NCBI RefSeq assembly: GCF_001194135.2 | Contig: NC_068983.1 | Coordinates: 102,776,371 to 102,840,370 of the forward strand | Direction: 5' to 3' | DNA: 64,000 nt | Source of the DNA: Octopus bimaculoides | Lineage: Eukaryota | In this document: in pieces, positions 53,392-64,000 of the stretch | Layout: every line of letters starts with the position of its first letter | Position numbering within the stretch: the stretch's first letter is position 1 | Program-made: the position numbers and the translations under genes | Notes under the pieces: model-generated | The model's database searches: none | What the model was told of the DNA's origin: nothing | The model's input: only the letters and a program-made list of their open reading frames with translations

Positions 53392-53630
53392 TACAAGGAA
53401 GATCACCACAGTCCAGCAGATGAACTACAGGAAGTGACTGAAGGCACAAAGTTTCTACTTCCTGGAGCACAGGCAGGAGAGATATGTAATAATTTACATA
53501 TGGAAAATACTGGAAGGACTCGTACCAAAGTTTGGCATCAAGTACTACATGAATGCCCACACAGGATACCACTGCATAGTACCAAGGGCACCATCCACTG
53601 CATTTCACATAAAGAACAAGGTACGGCAAC
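53392..53630 (+). mobile_element. Second, decayed copy of the CR1/L2 RT C-terminal segment
   Basis: YTRKITTVQQMNYRK*LKAQSFYFLEHRQERYVIIYIWKILEGLVPKFGIKYYMNAHTGYHCIVP aligns to the 8640-8993 peptide. Confidence 0.8.
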
Positions 53631-53770
53631 ACTGGTTCGGCAAAAGGGACCAATAGAATAAGTACTAGGCTTACAAAGAATAAGTCCTGGGGTCAATTTG
53701 CTCGACTTAGGCCATCTCCAGCATCGCCACAGTCAAATGACTGAAACAAGTAAAAGAAAAGATATATTTC

Positions 53771-53802
<32 letters not shown>

Positions 53803-53891
53803 NNNNNNNNNNNNNNNNNNNNNNNNNNNNNNNNNNNNNNNNNNNNNNNNNNNNNNNNNNNNNNNNNNNNNNNNNNNNNNNNNNNNNNNNN

Positions 53892-54044
53892 TATATATGA
53901 GTATTAAATTAAATTAGAAATTTTAGAAATGTAAATTCAAGATCACAAATATATATAATATACATCCAGCAGCAGTTCTGTACACATTTTTGATCTTGAA
54001 TTTACATTTCTAAAATTTCTAATTTAATTTAATACTCATATATA
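53892..54044. repeat. 153-bp inverted repeat (54-bp perfect arms, 45-nt spacer) embedded in (TA)n
   Basis: 53892-53945 is the exact reverse complement of 53991-54044. Confidence 0.85.
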
Positions 54045-54700
54045 TATATATATATATATACATATATATACATTATATATACATTACACATATTGAGTTC
54101 TTATGTCAGTCAAAGTTGATTGTTTTGATGCCCTCCATAAAATGGTTTATGTTGAGAAGGGCATCTAACCATAGAATCTATGCCAAAGCAGACTGGATTT
54201 TGGTGCAATCCTGTGGCTTGCCAGCTCCTATCAATCTATCCAACCTATGCCAGAGTAGAAAACAGTCATTAAATAGTAATCAGGAAAAACATTTATTATT
54301 AAGTATGTGCGTCAGTGTACCTCTATATGCCTGTGTTGTCTATATTTGTGTCTATGTTTATACCAATCTAAAAAGTACTGTTCTTACTGATGTTGTATCC
54401 ATTTATGTGATCTAGCAGTTTGTCAAATAGAGGCTGTCTTAATAAATACCTGACTGAAATAGGTACAGGGGCAATGCAATCAAATAGAATTTTTGAAAGC
54501 TTTGTCCCAAGCATGGCTGAAATCTAATGACTGGAACCAGTAAAAGCCCAAGAGGAAGTATAAAGTGTCCAAAAATGTTGTCCGTACATCTACAACCTAA
54601 CTTTGATACTGACACACTTCATTTGCATCTGAGCTGTGAGAACTTACTTGGAGACAAATTGTACTGTGGTAACAATTTAATAATAGTGAAATATACTTAC

Positions 54701-54824
54701 AACAGTCTTTTCCTCTAGTAATATTATTAGGCGTCCCTCCAGCACACTTGTCTGGTTCTGGGACGGAAACTCTCCACCGTCCTCCATACTGATCACACTC
54801 TGTGTACTCATAATGAAAGTCTTC
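54701..54824 (-). CDS. ELAPOR (KIAA1324-like): ELAPOR-like internal exon 1 of 8 (EDFHYEYTECDQYGGRWRVSVPEPDKCAGGTPNNITRGKDC + 1 nt)
   Basis: Acceptor ttgcag|GAA; donor T|gtaagt; 124 nt, phase 0 to 1. Matches the family motif xDYHYEYTECDxxGxRWRV. Confidence 0.93.
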
Positions 54825-55739
54825 CTGCAATGACAAGTTAAGTAAATGAATGACAGGCAATCAGTCAATAAAAATATTATCTTATTGTTAGTTATTGCAA
54901 ATTTTAAAAGTTTCCATGGATGTTGACATTTCTGTTTATAAAGATAAGTTAACAGATACACATCACATAAAAACAAACAGTAGCCTAATTTCCCCTTAAA
55001 TTACACCCTAATATCTTACAAAGGAAAAAAAAAAAGTATAAAGACACATTGAATAATGTGATCCTAGATACACTGAGTCCAGAAAGACTAAAAATGTGGG
55101 ATGATCATGACAGGTCCACTTGATCAAAACTGACCCGGGGTTAAACAACAATAATAGGTTACATAGAACATGATTTTTCTTCTCCTTATCCCTAATAACT
55201 GTACTTCCTCACCTCTGCGGAATGACAACATAATTGTCCTTACATTAAACTTCTTAAACATGATCAGAGAAAACCTTCACTACTATCAGTCTTATCTTAA
55301 AAACAGAATGAGTGGAAACAAACATTTGACAACACTGTATCAAGAACTGGTTAATACAGGGCAATCTACAAGAGATAATAGTGTCTTTAATTTATAAATA
55401 ACCAAATTACACTAAAGAAACTGAAATATATGTTTATGCAATGCCTATGTTGTCGTTACACTCAGGCCCAATGATATACAGATAGATATCTAAATATATT
55501 TTATTAATACCAGTTATTTACTCAAGTTTCATTTTATCTTTTATTTTTTTACTTGTTTTAGTCATTAAACTGCAGCCATGCTGAGGCACCACCTTCAAGA
55601 ATTTTTTAGTTAAATGAATCAACCCCAGTACTGTTTTTTTTTTTAAGCCTGATACTTATTCTATTGATATCTTTTGCAAAACTGCTAAGTTATGTGAATG
55701 TAAACACACCAACACCAGTTGTCAAGCAGTTGTGGAGAA

Positions 55740-55781
<42 letters not shown>

Positions 55782-56975
55782 ACAGGCCTCTTTCAATTAC
55801 TGTCTACCAAATCCACTCACAAGGCTTTGGTTGACCATGAGGTTACAGTAGAAGACACTTGCCCAAGATGCCATGCAGTGGGGTAGAACCCAGAGCTATT
55901 TGTTTGGGAAGCAAGCTTCTTTCCACACAGCCACATTATTTTGGGGATATTCTTTTAACTTCATTTGCTTCCTTTTTTTTAAGTTCATAAGTGTCCAACA
56001 GAATTCAAAATGAAGTACATTAAGAGAACTTCAACATACAGCTAATTTACTTTTCTTTGTAAATGCATAGAAAATAAGTGAAGACATGAAGCTTAGTAAA
56101 AGTGTTTCAGTTCAAAGGAATATTGCTATGACATTAGTGTATTGACATCTACAGAGATCATCAAGCATTCATTCAGTATATAGCAGAGATTAAGTCATGT
56201 CATAAACTATCCTCAAGTACAAAAGATTAGTGTGTTTGTTAAACTGATGATGTGCACAGATTTTCAATGATTATAATCGGTTGAGTACTCAAGTCATATG
56301 TAACAGATCTAAGAATTAAAAGGCAAGTCTAATAAGATACAATAATAAGAGCAATGATTTATATGTTATCACCTGAAACATAGAGCATGGATAGCATACA
56401 CTTTATGTTTTAGAGAAGATTTGAATCATAAAACACACAACTAATGCAAAACAATTGAGAACTGCGATCTGACTAATTCCTTCAGTGCATAGTGAGAAGG
56501 TATATTATTGGGAATTAAAGAGTAACAGAAAGGAGAAATGAGTAGATGAAGTATTGAGAAATAATCTATGAAGAGCAACACAAACGGTTGCAGTAATAAT
56601 GTGATGGAGCAGAGATGGATCTAATGTAAACATGGATCCAATCTAACTATTAAGTGTTGATAGGCATCGTGTGGAGATACAGTTCAGCACTGCTAGAAGC
56701 AGATCACTATATAACTGGCTCATACTTTGTAAGCTTACAATGTGGAGCCCCCAAATCTTATCTACAGATTCAACTTGGAAAAAACTTGAACTCAAGCAGG
56801 TTAGATATACTGCACCAAGACAAAGTTTACAATGTTATTCCAATGACCCATCAGTTACAAAACATTATATTTAATGAGGATTACATTAGGTTAAATAATG
56901 TTGTAAATTAGTAATGAAGTTTATTTCATATTTAAAAGGAATTCTGTCCATAATAAACCTCTCTCCTTCTTTCTT

Positions 56976-57019
<44 letters not shown>

Positions 57020-57668
57020 CATGAAGAAGAGATTGTATAATTACTATAATAAAAGTATAATATGATATGATAATATAATCATCAGAAACAAGAAATAATT
57101 GGTGAAGGGAGTTAAGATTTATTGAATATCAATTGTGATTGAATATTTATAAATGCAAAAGACTGTCTTGTTCAAGTCAGAAATTGGTTGAGAATGAAAG
57201 GCATTAATGTGTTCTTGCATGAGAAGATTAGAACAGTATAACAGTGTAATCTTTGAATGCTTAACAATAATAGTAGGTAGGATGTGGCCAATATTCAGAA
57301 CAGCGTGTTCAATATATTGTTATAGTGTGAATAAATCTGTATTATATGGAATATCAATGAATTGTCTGGAATTCCAATGACCATTTTCAATAAATTTTAT
57401 TGATACTTTTTAAAGGCTCCATAGAGCATCACAAAAACCTACAGATCAGGGAGCACTACATTGCAATCTTTAGAAACATTTATCGTAAGTCCAGCTGCTG
57501 TGTAAAGGTAGAAAATAGAAACAAATACTTTCACATCACCACCTAAATTCATTAACCTTGCAAACCATCACCATTTTTATTATTCTGCTAACTAGATTTC
57601 ATCATGAAAAAGCAATCAACTGCAATGAATATGGAATCTGGTGAAGCCATAGTAGAGATATCAACTAA

Positions 57669-57875
57669 TATGAGGGGCTGCTGAAAAGTTCCTGGCTTTG
57701 GGTAAAAGAAAATTATGATTTTATTCAACATATCCCCCTCTCTCAAGTTCACACACACTTATTGCAGTGATCCTTCAGTTTTTCTAAGCCCTGTAAAAGA
57801 ACTCAGAAGATTGGGCCTCCAGCCAGGCCTTTCATGATACCTTTACAGCTAGGAACTTTTTAGCAGCTCCTCATA
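57669..57875. mobile_element. Tc1/mariner-type MITE with TA target duplication
   Basis: TA|TGAGGGGCTGCTGAAAAGTTCCTGGCT ... AGCTAGGAACTTTTTAGCAGCTCCTCA|TA; 27-bp TIRs with 3 mismatches. Confidence 0.8.
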
Positions 57876-58633
57876 ATTATTCATTGTTGGAGAAATCTAG
57901 AGACACTCTACAAGTGCTGACTCAGTAACTGAGAGACAAAGAAAACAAGTCTAAGAATGAACAGAGAGAAACAAAACTAAGGAAATTGGCCAGAAAACCA
58001 AGGAGCATCACCTTGATGATTAAAGAACAGCCTCTTAAAGACCTGAGCTGAATCATATACTTTGGCAATGTTCTGTACAAAGATAAAGATGATGAAACTG
58101 ACATTAAATGCAAAATCCTAATAGTGACAGCAGTATTCTGGCAAATGTACTAATTTTTGGTCATGAACACACAGGACACTAACATCAAAATAAGTACCAT
58201 TGTATATATGGCAAGTACTGATATTGATTTAATCAACTAAGCCCCTCCTTCATATTTCTTGTGTATGTACTAGAAATGATTATTATTGCAAGTGGTAATA
58301 TACCATGAAGGTCAACCTTGTCTTCCATACTGTTCGGGGTTGATAAAGTAAGTACTAATTGAGCACTGAGATCAATGTAGTCAACTAGCCCCTTCCCGCC
58401 AAAATTCCTGGCCTTGTGCTTATGCTAATTGTTAGCATGCCGGGAAAAATGCTTAATGGTATTTCATTCATCTTTACATTCTACTGAATTCTACTGAAGC
58501 CAACTTTGCCTTTCATTCTTCCTGGACTGATAAAATAAGTACCAGTTGAACACTGAGGTCCATGTAACTGACTCATCCCCTCCCTTGAAATTGCTGGCCT
58601 TGTGCCAAAATTTGAGATCATTACTATTATTAT

Positions 58634-58670
<37 letters not shown>

Positions 58671-59243
58671 TATGGTGTTGGTCGTGATTATTTTAAATTA
58701 CTTGTGAATTTTTGGTGGGGGCTTTTCAACGTGTGTCATTGATAAAAAGATTAGTTGCACACTTTGCTGCATGAGATAATTGCAGTAGCAAACAAGTGAC
58801 TGACTGACGATTTGCCAGTAAGTACGGTAGTAATTAGTCTGATATGACTGAGTGATTACTCGCAAGAGAAACTACTGAAATATTTCATTTCTTGTTAAAC
58901 ATTTCTGGCAGAAGGCCAAGGCAACACTTCGTTTCTCTTTTTACCATATTTGGAAGTTGTTCAGTAAGATTTGAATTTACAAAGACACTGGTATTATTTG
59001 TGCAATACACTTTATTGGAAACAAAATTATCATACATGACTTACAACTTCCAATTTATAAGGAAATGCGTTAATATTTTTAGTGTTTCTTTAATAGGTGC
59101 CACATAGTAAGAAGTTTACTCCACAACTACATGGTTGCAAGTTCAGTCCTACAGTATGACACCTTGAACAAATGTCTTCTACAACAGCCCTGGGTCAACC
59201 AAATCCTTGTGAATGAATCTGATAGACAGAAACTGAAAGAAGC

Positions 59244-59284
<41 letters not shown>

Positions 59285-60005
59285 ATGCGTGCGTGCAAGT
59301 GTGGAAACACAATATGGCTGACAAGAGAGTGAGATAAGTGAGTCAACAGGATCTGAGTTGTGAAAGGTTAAGACCAGCCAACTGTTGTTGAGCTCCTGGG
59401 CAGCTCTAACTGAGCAGCAGTCTAAGCATAACCATTGCCTTTTTTTATTACCATTTTTGGCTTATCTACAATTAAGTTATACAATATACCCATCTCATCT
59501 TTTTCTAAGTCAGTAAGTTTTGATTTGAAAGAGATTGGGTTGTTATTTGTAGCAGGTTAAGTGACTGCATAAAGCAGGCACAGGCAACCTCTTTGCAAGA
59601 AGCAGACCACATGAGATGTGACTCATCATAAGGCAGGTTGCATTACTAAAAAGACTCAATGTAATTCTAATTCATAAATATTGTTTCTCATGTAGCTAGG
59701 TGTGCCAGTCAGAAAATCACACAGGCCACAGTTTACACCTGACAGGCAATAGAGGCTCCATTGTTGGCTCAGATTTAAAAAATGTAAAAGATATGTTAAA
59801 TATGTTAAAATATGTTTAAAAAATGAAAAAGATACATTAAATAAAGCATGGCCTTTTAGCATTTAAACCAGCCCTATCCAGCCAAAATATTCTTTTTGTT
59901 TTATGTTCAAACAGGCCAAATACAGTCTCTTGCACCTACCCTACAATGACAATGTCATGCTAAAAGTAAAAAATCTCAAAATCGAAATCTCAAAGCTACA
60001 AAATA

Positions 60006-60069
60006 TGGTGTAGTGGTTAAGAGCGCGGGCTACTAACCCCAAGATTCCAAGTTCGATTCCAGGCAGTGA

Positions 60070-60108
<39 letters not shown>

Positions 60109-60297
60109 TAATAATAACAACAACATTGAAAAATACCTTAGGAATGAGAACCCAGGTTTGAAATTTGCCCAAGATACCTGATGAAAGCTAGAGGGTATAT
60201 CAGCCAAAATGTTGTGTTAACAACAAACAAGATGAGGACAAATATCTGTCAAATTTAAATAATGTACATAATTCCTCATCTCTTCAATATAGAACTG
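60006..60297 (+). mobile_element. SINE-like element: tRNA-like head + (AAT)n + decayed minimal hammerhead-ribozyme motif + A-rich tail, inserted in a piggyBac-type MITE
   Basis: A box TGGTGTAGTGG (60006), B box GTTCGATTCC (60051), CTGATGA core (60178-60184), partial stems. The flanking MITE sequence resumes at 60298. Confidence 0.7.
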
Positions 60298-61711
60298 AAT
60301 GTATGATTAATTCAAAACAATGTGAATCAATAAGCTTTACATTTGACAAACTAATCTGTATGCTAAAGGGTAAAATCAACCCCTCTACCATTTCAGCCTG
60401 TGAAGGCACATGGCTAAGTGGTTAGAGTGTCAGGCTCACAATCTTGAAGTAGTGAGTTTGATTCCTGGACCAGACTGTGTGTTGTGTTCTTGAACAAGAC
60501 ACTTTATTTCATGTTATTCCAGTTTACTGATCTGTTGAAATGAGTTGCAATGTCACTGGTGCCAAGCTGGATCAGCCTTTTCCTTTCCTTTGGATAATAT
60601 TGGTGATGTGGAGAGAGGAGACTGATATGCATGGCGAGTGCAGGTCCTCCCATAAACAACTTTGCCCAGACTTGTGCCTCAGAGGGTAAGTTTCTAGGTG
60701 CAATCCAATGGTCATTCATGACCAAAGGTGGTCTTTACCCTTTACCCATTTCAACCACCTCACCTCTTGGGTTACAAACAGTTACCAGTGGATATTCACC
60801 AGTATAGCTATGTAGCTTATGAAACATTATTTTCTGAGTTCATTATATCACTCTGTCAAACAGACTTGCTACACACTGTTGCTACACAATGCATTTCCTA
60901 GCATTGTCATAGTTTTCAAATAATGCCACCCTGCTAGGCCGGCAAGTTAACATTCCCCCAGAACAGAACACAAATCCATCGCAGGGTTACCAATTTACAG
61001 CTGAGTGGGCTAGAGCAACATTAAATAAAGTGTTTTGCTCAAGAACATGACCAACTACCATTGTGGAAATTAAAACCATGATCGTGCTATTGAATCAGCA
61101 ATATCCTAACTGCTAAGCCATGTGCCTTTCTAAATTAATAACCATAAAATCTAGACTGTTCTGTCTTATCACAGTCCAGTTCAATATTTTAGCTTATGTA
61201 TTTTCTAAAACCATTTTCATTTGTAATGTTGTTGTCATCTTACAAAAAATTTAACTACATACATTTGGTGTGTATTCTAATGCAGAATAGCAAACATTTA
61301 ATCATGGCAAGAACTAAAGTCTGTTACAGTTTCTATCCATAGTATACATTATTTTGTGAAATTTCCCAAATGGTGTCTCGTCCAGACTTTGTAGCAAAGA
61401 CAGAAGACAGCAACCATTAAGCTCTCCATTGTCTTCAAATCCACACATAGCCAACTTAAGTCAATTTGACTTAAGCTTTTATATATGTGTATGCATCTCT
61501 TTCTCTCTTGTATACGCATACATGCATACAATGTGTGCATGTATGCATATATGTATATAAACTACTCTCTTTCATTCCCTCTCTAATGCTCTCACATACC
61601 TATACACAATCCAGACACTCAAATGTATCATATAGCTGTATGTCTACTCTCTCTCTCTCTCTCTCTGATATACACAAATGTGTGTAATGTATTATGTGTG
61701 TGCGTGTGTTG

Positions 61712-61785
<74 letters not shown>

Positions 61786-62714
61786 CTCTTTCACTTCTTT
61801 TATGCCCACACACACAATCTATGCACATATATATTTTATATATGTATATATTCACTCTCTTCCCCCAATTCTCTCTCTCTCTCTATTCAATATCATTATT
61901 ATTTAAATCAATGCGAGGCACAACAATTCAGTGAAGAAGATATACTTCGTTATTTGCAGTATTATAGATATACTGTTATTGTTGTCATTGTTGCTGTTGC
62001 TATTATTGCTTCTAAGAGCTGTTAGACGAATTCATATCATGAGAAATGGAGATGGGGGGGGGGGGTTAGTTTAAATGTGAATCACGGCATTCCCTAGATA
62101 AAACAGAAAGAAGCCCCTATACCACTTCACCAATTTCAACCGAGCTATATCAATACATATATATATACATGGTAAGGTTGTGGGTAAAAAGACAGGTGAT
62201 CTGATAAGGACACTAAACACTACACAATGTTGTCTTTACTATCATATAAGAAAATATCTATAAAAACATCTGGAGTTTTACAGCAAAATTCTTGCCTTTA
62301 TAGTCACTTTACATGAAAGTAAAATAGAAATCCTTATTTCAAAAATATATTAATCATACCTTTTGCAATATTTGGCTTTCCTATGAAAATAAAATGAAGT
62401 CAGGAATATGGTGATAGCTGCTTAATGAAATAATGAGAAATGTAATTTCATTGTTTATTTTAGACTAGATTTAATTAACTGAATGTTACAAAATGTGGTA
62501 GACTTGCTAGAAACTGTAGCCAAATCTTCCTCAAATAAATAATACCCTATCTCAAGAATGCAGTGGTTAAAGTATTAAATACAATATGGCTATTAAAAAA
62601 ATAATATGAGATGGGCATGACTGGACAGTCCTTAACCATAGGCCTGCTGGATCATGACTGACATGGGTCTGTGTAGCATCAATCACAAAGTCAACTCTCC
62701 TTCAAATCATTATA

Positions 62715-62754
<40 letters not shown>

Positions 62755-62913
62755 AGTTTGTNNNNNNNNNNNNNNNNNNNNNNNNNNNNNNNNNNNNNNN
62801 NNNNNNNNNNNNNNNNNNNNNNNNNNNNNNNNNNNNNNNNNNNNNNNNNNNNNNNNNNNNNNNNNNNNNNNNNNNNNNNNNNNNNNNNNNNNNNNNNNNN
62901 NNNNNNNNNNNNN

Positions 62914-62957
<44 letters not shown>

Positions 62958-62961
62958 AGTT

Positions 62962-63004
<43 letters not shown>

Positions 63005-64000
63005 ATGTTCCTTATGCATTTGAAAACTGAGTTGCCGATTTTGACCTATGGAGTACCAAAAGACTCAGTAATTTTTTGGCTACCAAATAAACTTTATTTT
63101 CCTTTACATATTTTCTCCATTATCTCAAGAACCAGCTATAGTTATTTGAAATACACTGCTCTACGATGACCATGTTTCATTAGAAAGGGAAAATAGTTTC
63201 ACACTTTCAATTTGAACCAAAATTACTAAGTGTTGCATTACGAGAGTGACAATATGTAAATAATGAAAGTAACATTTCTCTGAATTAGTCACATTTGTAC
63301 TATAACAAAGAAAGCTGCTTATCTATCTACCAAATAAACTAGGTTTCTGGCACAACAACTAATTTTCACTACTGAAATAATCTCAGAAACAAGGTCAGGT
63401 CACACAATTTTGAGGTCATTTTCAGGCAGTATTTCGATCTGCTTCTAATGTTTAACTTCTGTCTGATGCATAGAATTCTACTCAGACAAACATTTATGAA
63501 AATGTATATATAAATATTGTATTAAAATAAACCACAGCCAAACAAATTTCATTAAAAGACATCCATTTCTCTATATGTTATGAGGAAATACAGTCACTCA
63601 CTCTTTCTCTCTCTCTCTCACATGCACACATATAAAAAAGATATATACATATGTATTTATGTACATGTATATGAAAGATAATGTGTGTAAGAGAGATTAA
63701 GTGAGTGCCACTTACACATACATGCAAAAAAATACATATATGATAATACACAGCTTCTCATGTACACATACATGTCCATTTCATGTACATACATCTTTCA
63801 CTTTCTGCTCTCACTTCAAAGTAAAAGTCACCTTTTCACTTTTTCCTCTCTTTCAATTTCTGTTCCCTTCATAGCTGGTGCCAAGCTGGATGCCAATTAA
63901 TGAACAATCCTATGATCACATATGATCAACCATATGACTGAGTTTACAACTTTGCTGCTTCAAATGAAAGAATGCCATAAAATAACTTCCTTTGGCACAC

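Larger units (their letters stand above)
4985..54824 (-). other. ELAPOR (KIAA1324-like): Span of the resolved part of a multi-exon gene, ELAPOR1/2 (KIAA1324-like) homologue; incomplete at both ends
   Basis: Eight exons join in frame with canonical AG/GT sites. The spliced peptide contains [61 protein letters not shown] and GYTYKWW, collinear with the N-terminal Cys-rich ectodomain of vertebrate KIAA1324/KIAA1324L as I recall it. Confidence 0.93.

Noticed and set aside
54825-64000. Search for the first (signal-peptide) exon and promoter of the ELAPOR-like gene
   Set aside because: No convincing Met/hydrophobic-leader exon ending in a phase-0 donor. The 57922-58113 ORF is hydrophobic but ends in a stop with no donor.

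Overview
AT-rich eukaryotic genomic DNA with dense microsatellites and several N-gaps. The repeat landscape (tRNA-headed SINEs, RTE 3' ends with (GAT)n tails, long (TA)n/(CA)n tracts) suggests a coleoid cephalopod, probably Octopus; this is inference. The whole window appears to lie within one minus-strand gene, an ELAPOR1/2 (KIAA1324/KIAA1324L, UPF0577) homologue. I resolved eight internal coding exons with GT-AG sites and consistent phases (54701-54824, 44894-45107, 18809-18956, 13305-13394, 11267-11381, 7946-8098, 6398-6486, 4985-5270; 1219 nt, 406 codons + 1 nt). The first exon and downstream exons were not found and probably lie outside the window. Introns hold fragments of RTE and CR1/L2 LINEs, at least four tRNA-derived SINE families, and piggyBac-, mariner- and hAT-type MITEs. 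The most unusual observations are: (1) a ~290-bp element combining a tRNA-like Pol III head, (AAT)n and a decayed minimal hammerhead-ribozyme motif, plus a second copy truncated almost exactly at the predicted cleavage site; (2) three (TA)n-anchored fold-back palindromes of 806, 299 and 153 bp in the pre-mRNA; (3) a SINE flanked by a perfect 92-bp direct duplication. No prokaryotic features, CRISPR arrays, rRNA or intact tRNA genes were found.
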